Source: Candidatus Woesearchaeota archaeon (GTDB taxonomy: Archaea; Nanobdellota; Nanobdellia; Pacearchaeales; GW2011-AR1). Taken from it: DNA of 64,000 nucleotides. Position numbers and translations under genes: made by a program. Numbering within the stretch: the first letter of the stretch is position 1; the number at the start of each line of letters is the position of its first letter. Under the pieces are notes generated by a model. The model saw only the letters and a program-made list of their open reading frames with translations, did not search any database and had not been told where the DNA came from. The stretch covers positions 205 to 64,204 of the forward strand of contig CAZBPV010000004.1 of NCBI GenBank assembly GCA_964493885.1, given 5' to 3'. Below are positions 19,701-28,407 of the stretch, in pieces.

Positions 19701-21219
19701 AGAAATAGAGCTTGAAAAAAATATCCATACTCACGAATACGAGATAAATAGGCAGAATAAACTTATAGAAAATATAGCAAAGATGGATATTTGTCCTTTA
19801 TGCAAGAGCAAGATAACAGAGGAGCACATAAAAGGAATTCACAAGGAAATTTCTCCTAGAATAACTTCTTTTCAAAATGAAATAAATAATCTCATTAAGG
19901 AACTTAGAGAAATCCAGGAAAAAAGAAAAAAGATTTTACAAGGCATAGAATTTGAATCTGCAGAACTATCAAAAAGAGAGTCAGATTTAATTAAAATATC
20001 AAACATAGAAAGCAAGAAAAACCAGATAAAGGTACTTAATGAAAAGATTCACATGACTGAAAGCGAGATATCTGAACTTGATAAAAGAAGAAAATATCTC
20101 GAACAATCTTCTGATAAGAATTCCAATATAGAGCAAAAATACGAGACTGCAAGAGTTGAAGTGCAGGAGATTTCATTAAGAAGCGAAGAAAATGTAACAT
20201 CTGAAATTTCTTTTAAGCAGCGTGAATTTGAGCGTTCAAAAATTTCTTTAAAGCAATTAGCTCGTGATGAAGAGGATTTAAAGGAAGAGATAGCAATAGT
20301 AAAAAACCACATGAAGCAGAAAGAAGAGCTTCTTGCCAAAAAGAAACTGCAGGATGAAGAATTAGGGAAAAAATTCAAGAAAATGATTTCAGATCGAGAT
20401 TCACTTCAGACACTTATAAGACAAGGAGACTCTAATTTGTCTTTGAAGCAAAACCTTGTGTATAATCTTGAACAGAATTCTAATGAAAGAAAAATTGAAA
20501 AGGCAAGAATAAGCGCTGAAATTGAGAACTTTGATTCAGAGATGGTTCAATTCAAGGGAGTTGAAGTAATCAAAGCCACAAAAGAATCTCTTTTGCATAA
20601 ACTTCATAGAATACAGGATTCTTTATCTGGGATTGGAACAGTTAACTTAAGATCACTGGAAGTTTATGATGAAATCAAAAAAGAGTATGATTCAATAAGC
20701 CAGAAAGTTGAAGTTATTTCAAAAGAAAAAGAAGGAATAATCAAAATAGTTCACGAGATTGATATAAAAAAGAAAAAGACTTTCTTAAAGACACTTGAAG
20801 AGCTTAATGAAATCTTTTCAAGAAACTTCTCCCAGCTTTCAACTAAAGGGCAGGTTTTCCTTGAGCTTGAAAATAAAAAAGAGCCTTTTGAAGGAGGAGT
20901 AGCTATAATTGTCAAGACAGGGCATGGAAAATACTTTGATGTTACATCTCTTTCAGGAGGAGAACAAACCCTAGTTGCTTTGTCATTGATTTTTGCTATA
21001 CAAGAGCTTAATCCTTATTGTTTCTATATACTAGATGAGATTGATGCAGCTCTTGATAAAAGAAACTCAGAAAGGCTTGCAAATCTTCTAACAAAATACA
21101 TGCAAAGAGGACAGTACATAATTATCACACATAATGATGAAATTATCAGCAATGCAACAAACCTTTATGGTGTTAGCATGCATGATGGGATATCTAAAAT
21201 TATAAGCTTGAAGATATAA
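16762..21219 (+). CDS. smc: SMC chromosome segregation ATPase, interrupted by an intein
   Basis: N-terminal Walker A GPNGSGK|(intein)|SNVSDALCFVLG, long coiled coils, hinge, C-terminal LSGGEQTLVALSLIFA signature and Walker B ILDEIDAALD. Confidence 0.9.
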   Translation: MLHIKKLVMHGFKSFVRKTELPFTPGINVILGPNGSGKCLVGDSIVTLADGSSKRIEDIVNSRLANAVKTEDGYLMPGDGTEILSLNLENLKIEKTKIKSFVKRTSPEKILSIKTRSGRAVKTTKYHPLFILRDNKVVEARADELKQGIRIAVPRKLNFEPKSRYFDELIDEIKEEDRIYVPYKEEYALILNSIKDNLTWKKLSDKLGISHYVIKGLLDKQSINLYYLIKILKFAELSNLEIIKLIDELISNGKKIKFNFENSPEFSRFFGYLLAEGRLAESSQIWFTNGDSEIVQDYIYLVKKLFNKVPLVREYKPNCWDVIIFSEPLKKMLGKLGMASKTFNKRISNIILKNSSNKEISELLNGLYCGDGYVSKSSIEITTKSPELARGIENCLLRLGILFSTKQQYKDIKSTGFIGKYYNIIITGVNNFKEFNKNIKLVHMIKQQRILNYLNKKSNPNIDLINVNGLVKNISKELNLNIKQLRNEFPILDSYCYNQCTPSREGLQMLCKSLFLQKTSLVSDLITISNSDIFWDEIIQINEIPGEEWVYDLCIEKNHNFIANNIFVHNSNVSDALCFVLGRLSIKSMRAAKAGNLIFLGTKELAAAKEASVEIVFDNSDKIFSIDKNEITIKRIVRKNGQSIYRIEGETKTRQEVLSLLAQAGIDPNGFNIILQGEIQNFVRMHNEERRKIIEEVSGISIYESRKEKSLRELEKTEERLKEILAILRERTSYLNNLERERQQALKYQKLQKDVERYKASIIYHDLMQKKKEKEKIDAEIEKKNSEISKVKKSMAELEATIRDYELKIDSINSTIQKSTGLEQEKLNHEIANLRAELEGLKVKLENSEKKFLENENQKIELSNNIRENELVIRELQKNSVPSGSKKQKDIESKKKELEKLEEERKKFYMIKSELKSIKERIQDKNTLFHNYKTESEFLIKEIDTFSSELFDKNTGTKRMSELKVDLQGKKQDLVLIERKEIELEKNIHTHEYEINRQNKLIENIAKMDICPLCKSKITEEHIKGIHKEISPRITSFQNEINNLIKELREIQEKRKKILQGIEFESAELSKRESDLIKISNIESKKNQIKVLNEKIHMTESEISELDKRRKYLEQSSDKNSNIEQKYETARVEVQEISLRSEENVTSEISFKQREFERSKISLKQLARDEEDLKEEIAIVKNHMKQKEELLAKKKLQDEELGKKFKKMISDRDSLQTLIRQGDSNLSLKQNLVYNLEQNSNERKIEKARISAEIENFDSEMVQFKGVEVIKATKESLLHKLHRIQDSLSGIGTVNLRSLEVYDEIKKEYDSISQKVEVISKEKEGIIKIVHEIDIKKKKTFLKTLEELNEIFSRNFSQLSTKGQVFLELENKKEPFEGGVAIIVKTGHGKYFDVTSLSGGEQTLVALSLIFAIQELNPYCFYILDEIDAALDKRNSERLANLLTKYMQRGQYIIITHNDEIISNATNLYGVSMHDGISKIISLKI
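16876..18471 (+). mobile_element. intein (532 aa) with LAGLIDADG homing-endonuclease domain, inserted in the SMC P-loop
   Basis: Starts with Cys39 (CLVGDSIV) and has block B TTKYH. LAGLIDADG blocks are FFGYLLAEGRL and LLNGLYCGDGYV. Ends FVHN, followed by +1 Ser. Removing it restores GPNGSGKSN. Confidence 0.85.
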
Positions 21220-21363
21220 TTTTAGCATTTAAAAGGAAGCTTCATAAAAGAAACCTTGGTGTCTTTTATTAAGATAATTTCATTAAAGATTTAGTTCTTA
21301 ATATACTACACCTCTGGCTTGGAAATAAAAAAATAAAGTAAAAAGAAAAATTAAAAATTAAAA

Positions 21364-22506
21364 TTAGTAGTAACTTTCCCCGAATTCTTCAACCTTTTCA
21401 GGCTTCTTTCCGAGTAAGACAATTAATACAACTAGCAATACTAAAAAGATTATTGCTAGAATAACTGTCAATACTACGATTGGGCTTGTAACTGATGTCT
21501 CTTCAACAGCTTGGAAAGTAAAAGAACCTACAAGTTCTCCATCCATAGACATCACATTAACTGTGTAGTCTTCTGAATCAGGAGTTACCTGTACTGTCTT
21601 ACTTGAACCAGCTTCAATTGTAACAAAGCTTTCAGTTGTTGGGAAAACTACTCTATAAACCTTTAACTTTTCAGTTGGGTTCACAATAAGTAAGTCATTT
21701 CCAGCTTTAAGAACAGCATTTGGAAAGTCGTTCTTAACAACTATTTGCTTCATTGCACTAACTTCAAGGTCATCATTTGAAACCTCTAACTTTAGCACAT
21801 ATATTCCTGGTTCAGCGTCATATGGCATTTGAAGGAAGACTCTTCCACTAGCAGTTTCAGTTTCATCTTCATCATCGTCATTTTCCATAGCCACTAAGTC
21901 ACCAAGATAAACAGTTCTTTCGACACCATTTATACCAGATACAGTAGCAGTTACATACAGATCATCTAAGTTATTGTAACCAACATTCTTTAATACAATA
22001 TCAACTGGGAAATTTTCACCAGCTTCAACTGTGTTTGGTGTTACAATTGACATAACATCTGCATTGTATGAAGGTCTTTGAACTCTTAGCTTATACTCTC
22101 TTTCAGTTTTAAGGTTACCATTTTTCTTAATAGTAACAGTAAGAACTAAGTCATCACTAAGTTCATCCTTAAGTTCATAAGGAACTTCAAGGCTCAATGT
22201 CTTAACATATCTTTTTCCTAATTCAATATCAAAAGAACTAGATAAGTCACTTACATCTACTTTATTACCTTCAATTGCTACTTTAACAGTTACATCAGAT
22301 GCATTTACTAAGGCATTGAAAGCAACTTTAAGAGTTACTGTCTCGCCTGCAATAACAGTTAAGTCATTGCTAGATACATCCTCATCGTCTACTTTAACAT
22401 TAACACTTTGTGCAATGTTTGTAGCAGCACTTACAGTAGCAACTAACAAAATTAAGCAAGCCACCGCAAGGAAAGAAACCATAAGTTTCTTTGTATTCAT
22501 TTTCAT
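21364..22506 (-). CDS. acidic cell-surface (S-layer-like) protein with signal peptide and C-terminal TM anchor
   Basis: N-terminal signal-like helix, beta-rich acidic body, C-terminal hydrophobic helix followed by GKKPEK. Confidence 0.5.
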   Translation of the reverse strand: MKMNTKKLMVSFLAVACLILLVATVSAATNIAQSVNVKVDDEDVSSNDLTVIAGETVTLKVAFNALVNASDVTVKVAIEGNKVDVSDLSSSFDIELGKRYVKTLSLEVPYELKDELSDDLVLTVTIKKNGNLKTEREYKLRVQRPSYNADVMSIVTPNTVEAGENFPVDIVLKNVGYNNLDDLYVTATVSGINGVERTVYLGDLVAMENDDDEDETETASGRVFLQMPYDAEPGIYVLKLEVSNDDLEVSAMKQIVVKNDFPNAVLKAGNDLLIVNPTEKLKVYRVVFPTTESFVTIEAGSSKTVQVTPDSEDYTVNVMSMDGELVGSFTFQAVEETSVTSPIVVLTVILAIIFLVLLVVLIVLLGKKPEKVEEFGESYY

Positions 22507-22636
22507 TTTTTATGTTATTTAATTTATGCAGAAAAGGATTGTTTTCCTGCCTTATTAGTATCTTATTTTTCTTTATAAACTTTATGGTGACAACAAATAC
22601 GAGTAATTGCAAAGTTACACCACTTGTAACTGACAC

Positions 22637-23419
22637 TCAGTATTTTTCTGATTTCTTCAAGATTTTTAATGCTAATTGAGTATCTTCTATTGGAGAAGGG
22701 CTTTCATTTATTACTGTGATGCTTTTATCTTCGGGAAGAAAGGAAATTAGTTTTTTAATCTCTTCTTCAGGAGTTTTCTTGTGATATTTTTCTCCTGTTT
22801 GTCCAAATTCGATTCCTGAAAAATGGCAATGCCAGTGCTTTTGTGGAAAGGCTTTTTTTAGTTCCTCAATTTTATACTTTCCATATCTTGCCAATACATG
22901 TGCAAAATCAATGCAAAAACTACAGCCACTTTCTTTAGTTAATCTGGAAATCTCTTCAATGCTTCCAAATACATTTTTTTTCCCTATTATTTCTGGACAT
23001 AGCGTGACATCCCATTTATTTTTCTTTATTATTTCAAGCATTTTAATTATTCCTTGTTTGATATTTTCAAAAGTTTCTTCATGACTCATCTTTCCATAAT
23101 AACCACAATGAAATACCACTCTCTTAACATCTAACCAATCAGCAACTTCACAGCATCTTAGTATTCTTTTCTTGCTTTCCTCAATTTTTTTATTTTCTGC
23201 TGAGTTAAGATTAATCCAGTATGGAGCATGGATTGATAATTCAATATCAAATTCCTGGCTTAATTTTTTTATTTTATTAGCATCTTCTTTGTTTTTAATC
23301 CAGACTTGATAAGTAAATGGAATTTCTGCTGCTTTTATTCCGTATTTATGATACCTTTTTAATATCTCTGGAGCATCTTTTAATCCTCCGATTCCTGCAG
23401 GTCCAAACTTAATTGCCAT
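22637..23419 (-). CDS. AP endonuclease family 2 / endonuclease IV-like TIM-barrel protein
   Basis: IHAPYWINL, VVFHCGYY, CPEIIG, IDFAHV, HCHFSG and INESP match the metal-ligand pattern of Nfo-like enzymes. Confidence 0.65.
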   Translation of the reverse strand: MAIKFGPAGIGGLKDAPEILKRYHKYGIKAAEIPFTYQVWIKNKEDANKIKKLSQEFDIELSIHAPYWINLNSAENKKIEESKKRILRCCEVADWLDVKRVVFHCGYYGKMSHEETFENIKQGIIKMLEIIKKNKWDVTLCPEIIGKKNVFGSIEEISRLTKESGCSFCIDFAHVLARYGKYKIEELKKAFPQKHWHCHFSGIEFGQTGEKYHKKTPEEEIKKLISFLPEDKSITVINESPSPIEDTQLALKILKKSEKY

Positions 23420-23441
23420 TTAGAAATAATCTTAAATTAGG

Positions 23442-23891
23442 TTATATAGCTTTCTCTAATTCTTTCCCTATCTCTCCAAGATTCTCAACTATATATGCAT
23501 GAAGCTTTTGAATAATTATATTCTGCATTTCTTCTTTTAGTTCTCCATGGCATACTGCCAAATCAGACTCTGGTTCAACAATACTTCCTAAGAGAACAGA
23601 GCAATCCATAGCTTTATTCACTAATCTTTGTTTATCTAGTGTACCTTGTTTTATCTTGAGCACTTTAACATTAATTACGCATTTTCCAGAATCCTTACCC
23701 TTTACTAAATACTGCCATGTTGTTTCTACCCCATCACTTATAAACTTAGTTCTTACACAATCTCTTTGATGTGCTCTATAGCACTCCAAGTCATTGCAAG
23801 TATAATAAAAGAAAAATGTGAAATATATTGCTAGCCCAACTACAATTATTAATGCTATAATAAGAAGCGCAATCCAATCACTCTTTCTCAT
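23442..23891 (-). CDS. hypothetical membrane-anchored, Cys-containing protein
   Basis: A single N-terminal TM helix. No recognised family. Confidence 0.4.
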   Translation of the reverse strand: MRKSDWIALLIIALIIVVGLAIYFTFFFYYTCNDLECYRAHQRDCVRTKFISDGVETTWQYLVKGKDSGKCVINVKVLKIKQGTLDKQRLVNKAMDCSVLLGSIVEPESDLAVCHGELKEEMQNIIIQKLHAYIVENLGEIGKELEKAI

Positions 23892-23931
23892 ATATTCAAT
23901 TAAGAATGTAATTATTTAAAGGTTTTTAGAA

Positions 23932-24519
23932 CTAGTAATTCTGCCATAACCAGGGTCTTTCTTGTCTGGCTTGCATGAACATCTTAAAACTAGATTCACT
24001 TCCAGATTCTCTTGGATTAAATGTTGGATATTTTTCAGGACAAAAATCTCTTTCTAATGAAATATTATATGCAAAAAGCTCAGTTAAGTCCTCATCAACA
24101 AGAACATTTATCCCTCTTTCATACGCTCTTTTTGCTAGTCTTTCAACACAATCCCACAAATGAAATCCTGCCACTCTTAATTCCTCTGTTTTTCCAAGCT
24201 GATTTAATATAAAATCCTGATCTGGATAAGGATACTCTCCATTTGCCTGTTGAGTTGTATGTGTTTTAAAATCCAACCCAACTTGAATAATTCTATCAGA
24301 ACTCTTTAAATCAACAACATCTGAAACTGGACTTCCATTAAACACAGCATAATTTATCTCAAAATCTTTTTGTCTGTATCTAAAATCAATGCAATTGTTT
24401 AGTAATGATTTATATTTTTGTCTAAATACTTCAATCCCTCCTTCTTCAGCCCATCCATGATTTTTAATTTCAAAATCAATTATTTCAGGAATTGGATACA
24501 AAAATACAAACTTTTTCAT
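23932..24519 (-). CDS. hypothetical protein (weak isochorismatase/cysteine-hydrolase-like C-terminal motif)
   Basis: VAGFHLWDCVERLAKRAYERGINVLVDEDLT resembles the G..t..CV...A...G..V.vv.D motif. The N-terminal part does not match. Confidence 0.35.
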   Translation of the reverse strand: MKKFVFLYPIPEIIDFEIKNHGWAEEGGIEVFRQKYKSLLNNCIDFRYRQKDFEINYAVFNGSPVSDVVDLKSSDRIIQVGLDFKTHTTQQANGEYPYPDQDFILNQLGKTEELRVAGFHLWDCVERLAKRAYERGINVLVDEDLTELFAYNISLERDFCPEKYPTFNPRESGSESSFKMFMQARQERPWLWQNY

Positions 24520-24567
24520 AAAAATTAATTAATATGTTGTTTTAAAAATCTTTTTAAAAAAATAAAG

Positions 24568-24588
24568 AAAAGGGCCGAAGCCCCTTTT
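24568..24588 (-). terminator. GC hairpin with UUCG tetraloop followed by a T-run, after dnaG
   Basis: Minus strand reads AAAAGGGGC-TTCG-GCCCTTTT, then CTTTATTTTTTT. This is one of the few GC-rich stems in the window. Confidence 0.45.
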
Positions 24589-24590
24589 AA

Positions 24591-25745
24591 TTATAAACTT
24601 AATAATTGAATTTTTGTGTCAGTTGTTGCAAAATTACTCGCAACAATAACTTGAATACCTGAGTCTTCTGCAGCTGATATCATAGAGCTTGTCACAGTGC
24701 CGTCAATTACAATAATTGTTGGTCTGCTTCTCATTCTTCTAAGCAAATTTAAAAGTGTTTTTGTAGGAACACTTTTCATCTCATTTAATGAACTATCTAA
24801 AAGAATAGCTTTTCCGCTTCCTTTATTGCTGTCTGCAATTTCTTTTAATTTAGCTTTTTTTGCTTCATCTATCTCTACTTTTTCAGGCTCTGGCTCTGCT
24901 TCTACTTCAGAATCATAGGAAAATCTTTTGTTTCTATACAAATACTCTTGGACACTTATCTTTTTTCTAAGATTCATTAGAATCTCTTTTCCTGCAAGTT
25001 CCTCGACTTCTTTTCCATCTGGAGCTACTGCAATAGAGTCAACTTTAGCATTGTCAAGAACATTCTGAATAATTAATTTTCCTCCTCTATCTCCATCAAC
25101 AAAAAGAATTATTTTTTTTGTTTTACTTAATTCTTTTATTGCCTGAGGAAGTTTTGTTCCATTCATTGCAATTACATTATTCACTCCATTTCTCAAAAGA
25201 TTGAGAACATCTGCTCTTCCTTCTACTACAATTATTTCTTCACCAGATAAATCTCCACTAGGAAGATGCTCATCACCATATAGTTGAACATCGCTCATTC
25301 TTGCAGATTCTTTAATCTCTTTTGAGATTTCTCTAGAATCTGATGAGCCTTCTATTTCTTTCATGAGTTTTTTAGCTCTTTCTAAGATATAGTCTCTTTT
25401 GCTTCCTCGCACATCTTCGATTTTATCAACTTCTATCTGGGCATCGCTTGGTCCTATTCTCTCTATAGTCTCTACTGCAGCAGCGACAAGAGTAGTTTCA
25501 GACTGGTCTAGAGCAGTAGGAATTTTAATAACTCCAGTAGTTTGTTTCCCTTTTCTTTCCAAATCTACTTCTATTCTTCCTATTTTCCCTTCTTTTTGAA
25601 GTTCCCTCATCTCAAGGTCAGCTCCTAAAAGTCCTTCAGTCTGTCCAAAGATAGCTCCGATTACATCTGGCTTTTCTAAAGCCCCTTCAGCCACAAAATT
25701 CGCATGTATCATGTATTTTATTGATACAGGACTTACTTTTGCCAT
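24591..25745 (-). CDS. dnaG: archaeal DnaG-type primase (Toprim domain)
   Basis: The conserved archaeal DnaG N-terminus KYMIHANFVAEG..EKPDVIGAIFGQTEGLLG, the Toprim segment IVVEGRADV...FVDGDRGG. Confidence 0.85.
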   Translation of the reverse strand: MAKVSPVSIKYMIHANFVAEGALEKPDVIGAIFGQTEGLLGADLEMRELQKEGKIGRIEVDLERKGKQTTGVIKIPTALDQSETTLVAAAVETIERIGPSDAQIEVDKIEDVRGSKRDYILERAKKLMKEIEGSSDSREISKEIKESARMSDVQLYGDEHLPSGDLSGEEIIVVEGRADVLNLLRNGVNNVIAMNGTKLPQAIKELSKTKKIILFVDGDRGGKLIIQNVLDNAKVDSIAVAPDGKEVEELAGKEILMNLRKKISVQEYLYRNKRFSYDSEVEAEPEPEKVEIDEAKKAKLKEIADSNKGSGKAILLDSSLNEMKSVPTKTLLNLLRRMRSRPTIIVIDGTVTSSMISAAEDSGIQVIVASNFATTDTKIQLLSL

Positions 25746-25954
25746 ATTTTATTTTTATTATTTTTATTTAATTTTTAATGAAATCTTATGATTTCAATCA
25801 GAAAAATATCTAAATCAACTATTCGCTAACTCATTCGTTCACTCTAAAAAATAGCCTATTGCTAAGATTAAGCGTGATGTGATTGTGATATAATAATCTA
25901 AATTGATATCTTTCTAATACATAATAAAAACGTGTTTAGTATTTAAAGTTTTGC

Positions 25955-26518
25955 TTACAGCTTTTCAAACTCTCTTTTTAATACCATATACTCTTTTATT
26001 TTTCCTAGATTCTCGTATAATCCTAGAAGTTTTTTCTTAATCTCTTTTCTCTCTACCCCAGAAATATCCATTTCTAGAAGCTTTTCATAAATTTTAACTG
26101 CATTATTTTTCCTCTTTTTGATTATTGAGATTTCTGCTTCTTTTCTATAAAATTCCTTTACTGTTGCATATATCTCTGCTCTTTCAGGAGCATTTGCTTC
26201 TGTCATAGCTTTTTTCATTGCTTCATTTGCTCTCTCTAATTTTCCTTCTTTGATATAGAGTTCAGATTCTTTTAGATGATATCTTTTTTTCTCTGAAAAT
26301 GCTACAGAAATTATAGCAAGATTGTGACACATTTTTGCAGCATCAGTATACATGCCTTTTTTTTCATAAATTTCTGCAATCTTTGAATAAGCAAATCTTC
26401 TCACATCATCTGATGTTCTATGGTTAAGCAGTCTGTTTAAATGATCTAACTGAACAAAATCACCTTTTCCTTCCAGATCTTTTTTTATTTCAAAAACACT
26501 CATATCTCTGTTAATCAT
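25955..26518 (-). CDS. hypothetical helical (TPR-like) protein
   Basis: Repeated helical A/Y/K-rich segments. No catalytic motif. Confidence 0.35.
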   Translation of the reverse strand: MINRDMSVFEIKKDLEGKGDFVQLDHLNRLLNHRTSDDVRRFAYSKIAEIYEKKGMYTDAAKMCHNLAIISVAFSEKKRYHLKESELYIKEGKLERANEAMKKAMTEANAPERAEIYATVKEFYRKEAEISIIKKRKNNAVKIYEKLLEMDISGVERKEIKKKLLGLYENLGKIKEYMVLKREFEKL

Positions 26519-26549
26519 AAAATTCTTATTTAGAATTAGTATTTAAGGA

Positions 26550-26918
26550 TTATTGGGTTTCAGCAACTACTCTTTTTTCTGCAAATTTCTCTTCGATAGT
26601 CTTTCTTAATTTGCTTCCTGGAGTTGGTCTGAAAACTCCCATTAATTCCACATCTAAAAACTCATCTATATGAACATCATCTATATCAACTTGTTCACTC
26701 TCTATTTCCTGCCCGCAATGCTTTAAGCTCGCTTCATACACAGGAATTTGAACAAATGTGTAAGAATCCTCTCTTATTCTATTTATTTTTTTTTCTTCAG
26801 GCATTACAAATGCAATAAATGCATCTCTCCCTCTTCCAACTACATACATCTCTCCTTCTGTTAATTCTCTTATATGAGAAATTCTTTTAGCATGATTTCC
26901 AAGGTATTTAATATTCAT
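26550..26918 (-). CDS. hypothetical protein (occupies the position where rps10 normally follows tuf)
   Basis: 122-aa ORF with no resemblance to uS10. Confidence 0.35.
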   Translation of the reverse strand: MNIKYLGNHAKRISHIRELTEGEMYVVGRGRDAFIAFVMPEEKKINRIREDSYTFVQIPVYEASLKHCGQEIESEQVDIDDVHIDEFLDVELMGVFRPTPGSKLRKTIEEKFAEKRVVAETQ

Positions 26919-26944
26919 TTTAATTTGTTAGATTAAGCACAATC

Positions 26945-28228
26945 TTACTTTTTCTTTACTATCTCAGTGCACATACCAGCAGCAACAGTTGCACCAGCAT
27001 CTCTTACAGCAAACTTTGACATGTATGGATTATCTTTCTGAGTTTCCAAAGCTAGATTTCCCATTGGTTTAATTCTAACCTTTGCAGTGTCACCGTTTTT
27101 CAAAAAGTCTGGATTCTGTTTTATTGCTTGTCCTGTTCTAGGGTCAATTTGTTCAATCAACTCTATAAACTGGCAAGGAACTTGTGCAGTGTGAACATGG
27201 AATACAGGTGTATATCCTTTAGCTAATACTGTTGGATGATTTATTACTGTGATTGTAGCAATGAATTCCTCAACAATTGGGATTGGATTACTTGCATCGC
27301 AAATAACATCTCCTCTTGCAATGTCTTTTTTTCCTACTCCACGTATATTTACACCAACATTATCTCCAGCAGTTGCTTCAGACATAGATTCGTGATGCAT
27401 CTCAATAGTTTTAAGTTCTCCTTCAATTCCAGTTCCAGTTCTTCCTGGAAGTACCTTAACTTTCATACCAGTCTTCATTATTCCAGTTTCAATCTTACCA
27501 ACTGGAACAGTTCCAATACCTGTAATTTCATAAACATCTTGAACAGGCATTCTCATTGCAAGATTAGTAGGAAGTGATGGAATAGGGAATAAATCAAATT
27601 GTTCTAATACTGTTGGTCCTTTGTACCAAGGCGTATTTGTTGATTTCTTTACAACATTATCCCCTTTTAATCCTGAGCATGCAATAAAAGTAGTAGTATC
27701 TGGGTTAATACCAACACCTTTTAGTAATTTTCCAACTTCTTCTTTAGCTTGTTTATATTTTTCTTCTTTATATTCAACAGCATCCATTTTATTAAGAATT
27801 ATTGCAATATTTTTAACACCCATTGTTCTTAACAGCCATAAGTGTTCAGTAGTTTGAGGCTGAACTCCATTTGGAACAGAAATAACTAAGAATGCAGCAT
27901 CTGCTTGTGAAGCTCCAGTAATCATGTTCTTAACAAAGTCTCTGTGTCCAGGTGCATCAATAATTGTGATTTCAAATTTTTGAGTAATTAATTTCCTGTA
28001 AGCTAAGTCAATAGTAACTCCTCTTTCTCTTTCTTCTTTAATCTTATCCATAACATAAGCAAATTCAAAACCTGCTTTTCCATGCTTAACAGCTTCTTCT
28101 TTAAGCTTGGTCATTTCTTGTTCAGTAACAGCACCAGAATCAAACATCATTCTTCCAACTGTAGTTGATTTTCCAGCATCAACATGCCCTACAAATACAA
28201 CATTCATGTTAGGTTTTGTTCTAGCCAT
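26945..28228 (-). CDS. tuf: translation elongation factor 1-alpha
   Basis: GHVDAGKST, DAPGHRDF, NKMD and the full aEF-1alpha domain layout. Confidence 0.95.
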   Translation of the reverse strand: MARTKPNMNVVFVGHVDAGKSTTVGRMMFDSGAVTEQEMTKLKEEAVKHGKAGFEFAYVMDKIKEERERGVTIDLAYRKLITQKFEITIIDAPGHRDFVKNMITGASQADAAFLVISVPNGVQPQTTEHLWLLRTMGVKNIAIILNKMDAVEYKEEKYKQAKEEVGKLLKGVGINPDTTTFIACSGLKGDNVVKKSTNTPWYKGPTVLEQFDLFPIPSLPTNLAMRMPVQDVYEITGIGTVPVGKIETGIMKTGMKVKVLPGRTGTGIEGELKTIEMHHESMSEATAGDNVGVNIRGVGKKDIARGDVICDASNPIPIVEEFIATITVINHPTVLAKGYTPVFHVHTAQVPCQFIELIEQIDPRTGQAIKQNPDFLKNGDTAKVRIKPMGNLALETQKDNPYMSKFAVRDAGATVAAGMCTEIVKKK

Positions 28229-28407
28229 TTTTTCCTTGTAAATGGGTCAGTGAAAATCTTTTGGATTTTCTCTTGCCATATTAAATTTTAACAAAAATTG
28301 TTAATCTTTTTTGTATGTTTATTTATGAAAAAATTAGTTTATAAATCTTTCTATCTTTTCATAAATATTTTTATAATATTTTATCGACGATAAAAATATT
28401 ATCTACA

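Noticed and set aside
22400-22679. ORFs 22400-22636 (-) and 22491-22679 (+) in the leader region of the surface-protein gene.
   Set aside because: They overlap the N-terminus of the 380-aa gene or the C-terminus of the Nfo-like gene. They are Cys/Lys/Phe-rich with no motifs, and the region is better explained as promoter/leader (TTTATAAA at 22572).
25860-25900. GTGATGTGATTGTGAT upstream of dnaG as a possible C/D-box sRNA.
   Set aside because: There is no exact C box (RUGAUGA) paired with a D box (CUGA) at a suitable distance, and no terminal stem.
26550-26918. Possibility that the ORF after tuf is a divergent rps10.
   Set aside because: The sequence shows none of the uS10 features and has an acidic middle region. 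It is left as hypothetical.
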